Assembly: GCA_051313645.2 (NCBI GenBank)
Contig: JBNRSN020000003.1
Span: 422,096,001-422,160,000, forward strand
Reading direction: 5' to 3'
Length of the DNA stretch: 64,000 nucleotides
Source of the DNA: Centroscyllium fabricii
Lineage: Eukaryota
In this document: positions 11,926-22,907 of the stretch, one piece after another
How the letters are laid out: the number at the start of each line of letters is the position of its first letter
How positions within the stretch are numbered: position 1 is the stretch's first letter
Position numbers and translations under genes: made by a program
The notes under the pieces: generated by a model
Seen by the model: only the letters and a program-made list of their open reading frames with translations
The model's database searches: none
Told to the model about the DNA's origin: nothing

Positions 11926-12869
11926 TGCCCAATGAATTATTGAGACATCAAACTCATCTTATTTGGTTTGTACCAACAACGTTTGCAACGCTGTTCCAAT
12001 TCTATCGCCTCGCCAACTGTGACTGCGAGCTGAGTTCAGAACTCCATGTCCTATCTTTCCTAAAGACTACTTACTTTTACCTGCACACTGCCCACCTCCA
12101 CCCTTAGTCATCCCTACTACCACTAAAACACTTACCCATACTTCTGTTACCTCGAGGTTCACCTTCGCCAACACCCTACTCACCAGCCTCCACAAAATCC
12201 ACATTTTTCATAAACCATCTTTACCATGTTACTTAGCTCCATGCCTTTTCAACTGTGCATTTGATCATCATTCCTTATTAATTGTAATCAGTGGCTGCTG
12301 ACTCCTATATGAAACGCTGTGGCTTTCATATATAAAGAGCAAATTGTTGTTTTTCAAGGTTGGTTTCAGATTGCAGTCACAGATTAACGTGGCAAGTAGT
12401 AAGGAACAACAGTTCTAAGTTTAAAATTTATATTTAAATGTAAAAGTTTCATGATAACTGTAGGCCCACTCTGTGTTGGGAATATTGTACAAGTAGATGT
12501 TGCTAGTTTATATTGAAAAAAAGTGCAGCAGTGAACTTTAGTAACTGAATAGTGCATACTTCCACTTTTTCTTTTAGAAATGTTAGCCTGTTGGGTATCT
12601 CACTTCCAAGAGGAGCAAATCATTGAAACCTGCCAAAAATGTGAAAACATTCACCCCTGGGTACTGGATCACTTGCATCACTGAAGTCACCATCCCATTT
12701 CTTTTGAGAGTGGGGCGTTGCTAAACTGGGACAGTGCCAGCTCGAGTCCTGCCAGAAATAAATCAGTGTCACCTGAAGTACATAACTTTATCAATTTTTA
12801 CTACTACTACTCTAAGTAATAAGGCTGGCAGAAAATTTCTAATAAGTAGCATTGATGGGTCTCTTGTGG

Positions 12870-14310
12870 CCACTGACTCTGCTCCACATCTTTCGGAACT
12901 CCTCCATCACTCGTTGCCGCACAGGATCCTTAAGCTCTATTTGCATGTTAATTTTGGCTGCCAATCCAGACTTATGCCCTTTCCTTCTTTCTCCCCCAGG
13001 CTTCTGATCTTGTTTCCTTCCCTGTCCTGTCACCTAGCCATGTCTCTTAATTTCTCCCCAGTTACTTTGTTCCCATCCCTACCCCAACCCACAATACTCC
13101 TTTGCCTTCTATTCACCCAAAAACAAGGTTCTTGCTATCTGTGACCTAACTGTGGATGGTTGCATTGGCAGCCTGGCTTTGAGTGAAACTTAGTTCATAG
13201 GTGGCGACATCTTGCCTCATACTGAAGCCTCTCAACCTGGATATATTTTCCACCACTTTACCCACCCAAACCGCCACAGTAGCGGCATAATTCTTATCAC
13301 CAGTTATACTTTGGTCTATCTCCATCTCCTCGAGCAACTTCTCAAACTTGGAGCACCTCATCCCGTTCCACCACCTCCTGCCGATCTCATTGAGGACATG
13401 ATTTTAGGAGAGGACATGCAGGAAGACGAGGGGAGGTTTGGCTCATTTGTTTCCAGGACATCTTTAGCGATGGCTTCTCTTCTCACCCCTGCACCACCCA
13501 CTTTGAATCCTCCAAGGATCCATCCTTAGCCCCCTGCTCTCCCTCATCTGCATACTGCCCGTTGGCGACATCATCCGCATACATAGGGTCAGCCTTCACA
13601 TGTACGCGGGTGGCACCCAGCTCTTCCTTTCCACTCCCCCTTTTGACCCCTCCACTGCTTCTTTGATGTCAGACTGTGTCTCCAACATCCAGTCTTAAGA
13701 GGAACCGAACTTCCTCGGCATGGGCGGCATGGTGGCATAGTGGTTGACACGGTTGCCTTACAGCACTAGAGACCCGGGTTCGAATCCGGCCTCGGGTACT
13801 ATCTGTGTGGAGTTTGCACATTCTCCCCGTGTCTGCGTTTCCTCCCACAGTCCAAAGATGTGCGGGTTAGGTTGATTGGCCATGATAAATTGACCCTTAG
13901 TGTTAGGGAGATTGAATATGTGGGGTTACGGGGATAGTGTGGGATATGTGTTGGTGCAGGCTCGATAGGGATCGAGGGATATGGGGACAAGGCAGGGACA
14001 GGGTGCTGGGTTTGGATGATCAGCCATGATCTCATTGAATGGCGGAGCAGGCTCGAAGGGCCGAATGGCCTACTCCTGCTCCTATCTTCTATGTTTCTAT
14101 GTTTACCTCAGCCCATCTGCCACTGAATCCTTCAGTCTTGCCTTTGTCACTTCCAGACTTGACTGTTCCAAAGCTCTCCTGAATGGCCTCCCATCCTCCA
14201 CACTCCTCATCAATTCAGCTCATCCGGAGTTCTGCTGTCTGTATTCTATCCCACCCCAAGTTCCAATCATCTATAATTCTTGTCCTCGCTGTCCTACATG
14301 GGCTGAGTGG
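12870..14310 (+). mobile_element. Fragmented old L2-clade LINE (endonuclease and RT remnants) interrupted by a V-SINE
   Basis: EASQPGYIFHHFTHPNRHSSG (APE-like) at ~13220; RT remnant atgtacgcgggtggcacccagctc at ~13600; AFVTSRLDC at ~14140 after the SINE. Confidence 0.55.
13722..14103 (+). mobile_element. HE1-like V-SINE (tRNA head, V-domain, CR1 tail)
   Basis: A-box tggcatagtgg, B-box ggttcgaatcc, V-domain gtgtggagtttgcacattctccccgtgtctgcg (with an internal deletion) and CR1-type tail ending (ctatgttt)n. Confidence 0.92.
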
Positions 14311-15310
14311 CCTTCCTCATCTGTAACATTGCGCTTGGAACAGAAGAAAATGAAAACGCATTGAAATATGAGATTTAGAGTATTATTACACAATTAATGC
14401 AAAACTGAAATTAACAGTCAAAATAAGCATTTAAACCTCCACAAAAAAGCTGCTTGGTGAAAAAGGCTATAGAAACACAAGTAAAGTTTTTTTTTGACCC
14501 TTTAAAAAGGTAACAAAAAAGAGAAATATTATTGTGGAGAATAGTTTGACTATATTAACACCATGCAAAAAATTCAGCATTACAATGTTTTCCTGAATGC
14601 TGGGGAGCTGGGGGAAACAAAATCTACTGGTGAAAAATCACTGATTTAAAGTATTAATGGACAGCAGAGATCATTACATACAAGCAGCGTTTCTCTGTGG
14701 TGTGTGCAATCCCGTAACTCCCCCAGTCATGCTCAATTGATGTGCGTCCAGCCATCTGGGTGCGCATCAAGTCTTATCTCTCTGACCAACACTTACAAAG
14801 GACACCTAAAATAATTAGCAGACATCTGTTATAGCTCCAAATTGTGCTCTACTTCCTTGGCATTATACCAGTATGTCCCTTATTACTGGTTAAATACTTT
14901 TCCGCAATACTCTCTTCTCCATAATGATCATTTTGTCCTTCTACATTATACTTTTGGAGGAGGGTGGGGAGGGGAAAAAAGAAAGGCCCTGAATTTGCGG
15001 TGGAGGCTTCCCGGGGGGGAAATGCCTCTGATCCACAAATAAAATGCCCCTGTACCTGGTGGTTTGGAGATTCGTGGTCCTGGGCCTCACTGGGTACCCG
15101 CAGACAGAGGCCCACGTATCCCGGGGCACAGGCGGTTTGGAAGCGCCCCATGGATCACATGGGCCAGCCCAACGAATGAAAGAAGGGAATGTCCATTCAT
15201 GATTATGGGAATTCTGTATGTACAGAATCCTCAGAAGCATGAATGGGAATACCCCAAAAAATACATCTACATGTCAAATAAATAAAACGTTACATATTTA
15301 AAGTGCCATT

Positions 15311-15539
15311 TGATGTGACAAAAGCGACTTACACATCAAATACTTTAAGCAAAGCTTTAATCAGCTATTTACAGAGTTGAGAGTTTTAACATATTTACAT
15401 AGAGAAGCATTATCTCAGACTGAATAGTAGCAGAATTTATACTACTACACAGGAAGTGACATGTACAGGAAGTGATGTCACTGGAAGTTCATAAGCAGAG
15501 TTCATCCGACTTCCTGCCGGAAGTCTCAATATCATTACA
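15311..15539 (-). repeat. 3' LTR of Gypsy element
   Basis: Direct repeat of 20809-21037, immediately preceded on the minus strand by polypurine tract AGGAGGGAAGAA (15540-15551). Confidence 0.96.
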
Positions 15540-15763
15540 TTCTTCCCTCCTGGAAGATTATGAGGCAGAAATCAAATATTCTGAAGTAGATGTATGAGGA
15601 GGAGCCGCATACGTTTAAGTTTGCTCTCTTGGGTTGGTAGACTGTCTTGATGGTCAATGTCTGAGTTACTGGGCCGTTTGCGGGTCTTCGAATCTGGGTC
15701 AAATCCAACATGGCCTGGATTACCCGGCGATGGGTAGTGGAAATCATGGCTCCGTGTGCGAGA

Positions 15764-16204
15764 TCAAACAGGTTCAGAGTTGATCTGCCCTTGGTCGGGA
15801 GAAGGTATCAAGCTTGTCGATGGCCCATTGGCATTTTGGCGTGGGGCACAGGGAGGATCATGACTCCGCGTACGAGCCCCTATGGGCTCCGTGTCAGTCG
15901 AGGATTGAGCAGCATCCTGGAATGAGGTACCAGGTGAGTCGAAGCTCAGAGTGCGGGATCCTACCGGCTCAAAGGTCATTGGTGCCTGATCGGGGTCCTG
16001 AAGAGTGGTACCCAGTGGTTCTCTGGAGGTTCCCGGTAGGGTATTATCCCTAGATGACCCTCTAGGTCCTGATGGGCAGGGTGCCAGGTCCCGCAACGAT
16101 ACTGTAGACTCTCGTCCGTCAGGGTGTCGTATGTGAGCGTAGGTGGGGTTGACCTCCGTTAGTTCTACCTCGTCCACAAGAGGGTCATGCTTGGAGGTTC
16201 GGAC
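15764..16204 (-). pseudogene. Integrase C-terminal continuation beyond an in-frame TAG
   Basis: The same frame continues after the TAG at 16207-16205: VRTSKHDPLVDEVELTEVNPTYAHIRHPDGRESTVSLRDLAP, typical of a Gypsy integrase C-terminus. Confidence 0.8.
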
Positions 16205-18298
16205 CTATCTCCCGAGCAATACGGGCCCTGGAGTGGTCAGCCATGAAGGGAGTGATGCTCCATACGATGAGCGACGCTGGAAACTGAAGAACCGTTCATG
16301 AGGCGTCGTGTTCGTGGCTGTGGAAAGCAAGGACTGTATGGAGTGCAATGCATCTGGTAACACCATCTCCCATTGCTGGTTGTGTAGACCCTGGGATTTC
16401 AGGGCAAGGCGGACAGAGTTCCATATGATGCCATTATATCTTTCTACCTGGCCGTTACCGATGGGGTGGTATGGTGTTGTTTTGCTTGTCGCGATACCTC
16501 TTTCCGAGAGGTAGTCCTTAAGTTCAGTGGACATGAAAGATGGACCCCGATCTGAATGGATGTAAGCTGGCATGCCACAGAGCGTGAATACTTGCTCGAG
16601 ACAATTGATTACTGTGGAAGACAGCATATGAGAGCAGGGGAAGGCGAATGGGAAACGTGAATATTCGTCGACCATCGTAAGCAGATATATGTTCCTAGTG
16701 GACGAGGGTACTGGGCCCTTAAAATCAATGCTCAGTCGTTGCATTGGTTGTGTCGCATGTATAAGTACACCATCCGGGGGCCGGAAAAAGTGGGGTTTTA
16801 GCTCAGCACAGGTTCTGCATTCCGAACACATTTTCTTGATGTCTCCGGTTGAGAATGGGAGATTTCGTGACCTTACAAAATGTAACATACGTGTCACACC
16901 AGGATGACATAATCCATCATGAATATCTGCGAGAGTGGAGGGTGATGTAGCAGCGCAGAATGCTCGAGTAAGTGTGTCCGGGGCCACATTATCTTTACCA
17001 GGGCGATAGTGAATAGTATAGCCAAAAGAGGCCAATTCCATCCTCCACAGTTGTATTTTATTGTTCTTGACTTTGGTTCTTTTGCGGTTGTCCAGCATGA
17101 ACGCTACTGATCGCTGGTCCGTTATCAGCGTGAAGTGTCGGTGAGCTAAAAAATGGTTCCATTTTCGTACAGCCTCAATGATGGCCGTGGCTTCTTTTTC
17201 CACCGGTGGATAGTGCACTTCGGCACCCTGTAGGGTCCTAGACATGAAAGCTACAGGGCGACCTTCCTGATTGAGGGTAGCTGAGATCGCCACCTCTGAA
17301 GCGTCACATTCGACCACGAATGGGAGGTTCTCATCGATGGAGTGGAGGGTTGCTGTCTTCAAATGTTGTTTAAGGGTAGTAAAGGCTGTAATGGCCGTTG
17401 TTCCTAATGGAAATGTCCTGGCATTCAACAAAGGTTGAATTTTGTCAGAAAAATCCGGAATCCACTTCGCATAGTAGGCAAATAGGCCGAGGGCCCGACG
17501 CAAGGAAGCAGGACTGTTAGGTGGAGGAAGCTCCTGGAGGGGCCGAAGTCTTTCAGGATCAGGCTTGATGATGCCATTACCCACACAGTAGCCGAGAATA
17601 TTAATGGTTGGCTGTGATTCCACGGATTTGGTTTCATTTAAAGTCAGATTGCGACGATAAAGTGCATCCCGAAATCTTCGAAGGTTGTCGTCGTGTTCTT
17701 GTTGGTCATGGCCAGCAACCGTAATATTGTCGAGATAAGGGAAAGTGTCCCTCAAGTCTTCTTGCTTCACCAAGCCATCCATGGCTCGTTGAAAGACAGC
17801 TACTCCGTTGGTGACTCCGAATGGGAGATGGCAAAATTGATACAATTGTCCGTTAGCCTCAAAGGCTGTATATTTCTTATCCGAGGCCCGTAGGGGTACC
17901 TGATGGTAAGCACTCTTCAGGTCATAAGTTGAGAATACAGAATATTCAGCCAGTTTATTCACCATGTCATCGATACGTGGCAGTGGGTAAGCATCCAAAT
18001 CTGTATATAGATTAACGGTCTGAGAGTAATCGATACATAGGCGTTTCTTCTGAGGTTTCAAAGAGTTTTTAACAATGACGATCTGAGCCCGCCAAGGCGA
18101 TGAACAAGGTTCAATGATGTCCTCGGCCAGGAGTCGAGAGATTTCTGTATTAATGAAGGATCGATCCTCCTGACTAAAGCGCCGAGACTTAGTTATTATC
18201 GGCTTGCACTGAGGCGTAACGCTGGTAAATAACGATGGTTCGTCCAGAGAGGCTGCTGACAGTGCACAAAATGGCGTTTTGGATGATGATTTAGAGAT
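16205..18298 (-). pseudogene. pol: Gypsy pol: reverse transcriptase, RNase H, integrase
   Basis: RT motifs (IDYSQTVN, YPLPRID, DLKSAYHQ, LPFGVTNG, YLDN), RNase H (CDAS, EKE, TDQ, D) and integrase HHCC plus D,D,E (IDFKGP, HSDRG, GQVERYN). In frame with gag-PR once the insertion and one TSD copy are removed (GGA CTC ATT|ATC TCT AAA). Confidence 0.93.
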
Positions 18299-18301
18299 AA
18301 T

Positions 18302-19411
18302 GGGCCCTGTCTTCCTGTGGCCTGATTGCTGCGGGTGCGTGCAGATTTGCACCCGTCCGAGATTTTTTATTTTTTTATCTGCTGGACTTCCTGTGTGAAA
18401 TGTCGATTTTTTTTCGTGGGCAGGGGTCTGTTTTTTTTTGGTGCTTAGTGCGTTGGTCGGGTGCAGGACACGCCCCCTGAGGTCGGCTTTTTGAGACCAC
18501 GCCCCCACAGAACGCACAGATCAAAGAAAATCAAGTGTTCAACTAAAGAAAAGAACAGGTAAGGAAGAAGTTTTTCTTTGTTTTTTTTCAGTTTGTAGGA
18601 AGCTGGTCTTACAGCTTGTAAAGCTGATGGTTTTTATATTTTTTGGTGATAGGTCAAAAATCGGCGATTTCAACCCCTCGCAGCTCTCAGCTGAAACAGC
18701 TCAGCTCTCAGCTGGAATCGCGTAGAAATCGGCGATTTTTTAACTTTCACCAAAAAGTAGATAAAGCTTCATGTTTGTGGTCTTACAGCTTGTAAATCTG
18801 CTGGTTTATATATTTTTTTGTGATAGTTTAAAAAATCGGGAATTTGAACAGCTCAAATTCCCGATTTTTTAAACTTTCACAAAAAAATATATAAACCAGC
18901 AGATTTACAAGCTGTAAGACCACAAACATGAAGCTTTATCTATTTTTTGGTGATAGTTAAAAAATCGCCGATTTCTACGCGATTCCAGCTGAGAGCTGAG
19001 CTGTTTCAGCTGAGAGCTGCGAGGGGTTGAAATCGCCGATTTTTGACCTATCACAAAAAATATAAAAACCATCAGATTTACAAGCTGTAAGACCACAAAC
19101 AAATATCTCCAAAGGAATAATTTTTTTAAAAACTTTAAACCTGTTTTTTTCACTTCTCAAACCTGCCTGCACTCTCTTAAGACTGGTATTTACGTGGGCA
19201 GAAAAATGGAGGCTTCCCCACGTTGTACACCTGAATTTTGAGCATCAGAGTACAGGAAGTCTGCAGCTCAAAGTGCTTCGTGGGGAGGAAGCTGAAGCCC
19301 CTTGCCCATCAGCACAGGAAGTTCACGTTTCTGGTAAGCACCTGAGCTGCCTCCCCACAAAGCATTTTCGTGGGGGGGGCAGCTCTTCTGGAGCACAGGA
19401 AGACAGGGCCC
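18302..19411. mobile_element. Non-autonomous DNA transposon (PIF/Harbinger-like) inserted in Gypsy pol, with ~490-bp internal palindrome
   Basis: Perfect 18-bp TIRs GGGCCCTGTCTTCCTGTG (18302-18319 and 19394-19411), 3-bp TSD AAT on both sides, no coding capacity, palindrome at 18604-19095. Confidence 0.92.
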
Positions 19412-20731
19412 AATGAGTCCGGGTTTAGAACCCCCGAACTCAATGGTCAGCTTGTTATGTTGTCTTTGGAAATCTAGTCCCAGAATGATATCACTACATA
19501 GATCCTTAAGGACTGAGAGACGGGTGGAGGGATACAGGCGCCCATTAAGGGTTAAGTCCACAATACAGAAGCCCGAGATTCTAGTATTAAGAGAAGATTG
19601 GGCCATTGCAATTGCCTGGTCTGATGGATAAGTGTGCAGTTTCAATTTTTTAACGATTTGCCCCTTAATAAAGCTGTCAGTGCTACCAGAGTCAATTAGG
19701 GCATCAAAAGCATGTCCATTAATTCTGACCCTTGTGGCTGCCTGGACCAGATTCTGAGGGCATGCAGCTGTTATTGGCATGATAGCACAGAGTGCAGCAG
19801 TGATTCTAGACGAGCTCCTTCGAGTGGGAGCCTGATAGGTCCTGGCTGGTGCGTCTTGATAGGGCCTAATTGATGCACCCTGGCAGGCCCTAATTGGAGC
19901 AGCTCTGTAGGGCCTAGCTTGATTAGCTCGTGCAGAAGTTCTGGATTGGCACACCTTTGCAAAGTGCCCTTTTTTGCTGCAGTAGCTGCAGATTGCATTA
20001 CGGGCTGGGCAGAATTTTCTTGGGTGGAAGATATCTCCACAAAAGAAGCAGTTTTTCCTGGACTGCCAAGAGGCTGCTAGTGTAGGGTCATCCTCCTCCT
20101 CATCACTAAGCTCATCAGGGCTAGAGTCGTCTATGATTGGGTTCACCTGTGGCTCCTTGAAAGGTCTGCTTGAAGTTACAGCAGCACTTCGAGCTCTGGG
20201 CCACTGATAAAGATCTGAGTTTCTTTTTGCTAGATCAAGAGAGCAAGCCAGTTTGAAAGCTTTTTGCAACTCTAGGGCCTTACTCTCCAGTAGACGCTGG
20301 CGTATCAGTGGGGAGGAAATCCCGCTGATGAAGGCATCGCGGATCATTTCCTCACGGTAAAGCGCGGCCGAGGCTGCCTGAAAGTTACAGTTCGTACTGA
20401 GCCTGCGCAGTGTCTGCAGGAATTCACCAATATACTGGCCACGGCCCGGCAAGGGCCGGAGGAATCTATGTCTAGCATAAATCTCGTTGGGTGGCTTTGT
20501 ATACAGTTCTTTAAGAGCTCGGATTGCTTCATTAAAGTTATCCCAATTGTCCAGATATTCATACACGTTAGGGGATACATAGTTTACCAGTAGCCGGAGT
20601 TTAGCAGTATCACTCGCACCACATTCTTCCAGGAAATTTTCAAAAATATGATACCAGTGCTTCCATACCTTTGCGGCTGATGGCGAGTTCGGATCCAGGT
20701 CAAGAGTTCTGGGTTTGAAGAGGCTCTCCAT
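19412..20731 (-). pseudogene. gag: Gypsy gag-protease part of a single gag-pol ORF (interrupted at 19411 by a DNA element)
   Basis: ORF 19268..20731: MESLFKPRTLDLDPNSPSAAKVWKHW..., two CX2CX4HX4C knuckles (CFFCGDIFHPRKFC, CSYCSKKGHFAKVC) and aspartic protease LIDSGS. The last ~47 aa of the ORF call come from the insertion. Confidence 0.9.
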
Positions 20732-20808
20732 GATGGGTGGTTCCCTGGGTCCTCAGTTTCTTTTTGTCCGAAGGTTTCAAAAATTTTGAGCGTAGTAGCT
20801 GATTAAAT

Positions 20809-21037
20809 TGATGTGACAAAAGCGACTTACACATCAAATACTTTAAGCAAAGCTTTAATCAGCTATTTACAGAGTTGAGAGTTTTAACATATTTACATAG
20901 AGAAGCATTATCTCAGATTGAATAGTAGCAGAATTTATACTACTACACAGGAAGTGACATGTACAGGAAGTGATGTCACTGGAAGTTCATAAGCAGAGTT
21001 CATCCGACTTCCTGCCGGAAGTCTCAATATCATTACA
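20809..21037 (-). repeat. 5' LTR of Gypsy element
   Basis: Minus strand begins TGTAATGATA and ends GTCACATCA. Identical to 15311-15539 except 20918 (t) vs 15420 (c). Contains ATTAAA and a cluster of GGAAG motifs. Confidence 0.96.
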
Positions 21038-21527
21038 CCATTTAATTAAATATTTTAAACTAAAATATATTGTTTTGAAAAATAAATTTAAAAGAGGCTA
21101 AAAATAAACTAACCTTATTGTACAGGTTTTTTAATGTATAAATGATTGCTAAAAATGTATTTTAATGTTTTTTTAAACTCTTACCAGCCGTAAGAATTTC
21201 ACAGGCATTGGCTGGGCAGAAGTTGGGCAAATTGCCCCACCCCCCCACCACCACCCCCCCCCCGGGATGCCCTTTTCCCAGGGATGCGGATGATCTGTCA
21301 AGAAGTTTCTCGACAGATCGTAAGTTCCGGGTTTTCACGCATGTGCTTCGCATGCCTAAATCCGGAACTTGCGCGTGTTTTTACAGGCGCATACGCACCA
21401 GGTATGCGCCCATAGGGGCCACAAATTACGGCCCATCAGTGTTAGTTTTCCTAGGCCACAACTGTACACCTCCAAACAGCTAGCTATAAAGTACCACTAG
21501 CAAATGCATAGGGCCCGGTTGATTGAC

Positions 21528-21587
21528 CACCCTCTTGGCCACAATAATATGTTGAGCACCCTCTTGGCCACAATAATATGTTGAGCA
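21528..21587. repeat. Perfect 29-bp tandem duplication
   Basis: caccctcttggccacaataatatgttgag x2. Confidence 0.85.
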
Positions 21588-21619
21588 AGAATCGACAGAA
21601 AAAGTTATGCATTCTTTTT

Positions 21620-22133
21620 TATAGAGAGCTAGAGAGAGAGCTAGAGAGAGAGCTAGAGAGAGATAGAGATAGAGAGAGATAGAGAAATAGAGATAGAGAG
21701 AGATAGAGAGGGAGATAGAGCATGAGAGCGCGAATGAGAGATAGAGAGATAGATATTGTTATTACGTCTATTAATGTACTATTTTTGTGTATATTACAAT
21801 GCTTTGGCAACAACGGTTGATACCATTCATGCCAATAAAGCTATTTGAATTTGATAGATATAGAGATATAGATAGATATATATACACACACACACACACT
21901 CTCATGAGCTATNNNNNNNNNNNNNNNNNNNNNNNNNNNNNNNNNNNNNNNNNNNNNNNNNNNNNNNNNNNNNNNNNNNNNNNNNNNNNNNNNNNNNNNN
22001 NNNNNNNNNNNNNNNNNNNNNNNNNNNNNNNNNNNNNNNNNNNNNNNNNNNNNNNNNNNATAGAGCGTGAGAGAGCGATAGAGAGAGAGCGATAGAGAGA
22101 TAGATATAGATAGATAGATATACACACACACAC
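21620..22133. repeat. (GA)/(GATA)/(CA) microsatellite complex containing a LINE 3' tail and an assembly gap (N 21913-22059)
   Basis: Simple repeats flank a non-repetitive ~100-bp piece ending catgccaataaagctatttgaatttga. Confidence 0.8.
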
Positions 22134-22907
22134 GAGCAATTTGCCAACTATCAAGACGTTCCGTTCTAGCAATATTTGAAGCAAACACTCTAAATAATAT
22201 GTAGCAAGATGATTTTACTGCACCACAAGATCAAACCATTGTGTTTATAAGGTTTTGGTAAAACATACGATCTTACTTTATTTATATACAAACATTTCTT
22301 TATATAGAAAGAGAAAATGGTTCATCAATATTTGCATGTTCCATCCACGACTGTGGGTCACATTAGTTGCCTTCCATCATACACTACACTCCCTACCACT
22401 ATGTGGTTAAGGACAGCACTTCTGTTTAAGTAGTAAACCATTTTCCACCCGTGACTGCCAGGAAAGCTATCAACCAAAAACCTGAACATGTCCACTGAGA
22501 CAAGCCGCTTTGGATTTATCCAACGTGACTGCTTCTAATTAAATATCTGCCGTAACTGCTTCCTTTGCACATTTATCTTGTGCTGTAGAAAAGAGATCAT
22601 TGGAATCAGGTAGCATTGTTCACTTTTTATTTAAACTTCCCCCCCAAAGTTCTGGCACTAGACATGTAACCTACAATGATACAGTACTTCCATTAACCCC
22701 CTACTGCTTTCCCTGGTGAAGCTGTTGTTGTTGATAAAACTGCCGTACATAGCAATGCTAGTTACAGATCCTTTCTTTGTCCTTTCCTTCAGACCTCGAG
22801 TGTATTAAAAAATACAAAGTATTAATTCGGGGGTAATAAAATAACAAAAGCTCAGAAATATAACTAAGCAGTATGCATATAGTTTAAGCTCAGTGTTTTA
22901 AAATGAT

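Larger units (their letters stand above)
15311..21037 (-). mobile_element. Full-length Ty3/Gypsy LTR retrotransposon (Mag-like Gag with two zinc knuckles), disrupted
   Basis: Two 229-bp TG...CA LTRs, 5-bp TSD CCATT (15306-15310 and 21038-21042), PPT, and gag-PR-RT-RH-IN order on the minus strand. Confidence 0.97.
14985..21434 (-). mobile_element. Older Harbinger-like MITE split by the Gypsy insertion (14985-15310 plus 21038-21434)
   Basis: Degenerate TIRs ggccctgaatttgcgg / ccacaaattacggccc. Internal blocks resemble the element at 35402-37415 in reverse. TSD not preserved. Confidence 0.6.

Noticed and set aside
18299-18517. N-terminal 73 aa of the 770-aa ORF (and C-terminal ~47 aa of the 487-aa ORF)
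   Set aside because: Chance open frames within the inserted TIR element; the true gag-pol joins across the TSD.
20425-20465. Atypical GC-rich Gag segment (FLRPLPGRGQYIG)
   Set aside because: May be local low-quality sequence or ordinary divergence; cannot be evaluated without sister copies.
21787-22188. ORFs containing X runs here and at 27028-27513
   Set aside because: Artefacts of translating through N gaps and microsatellites.
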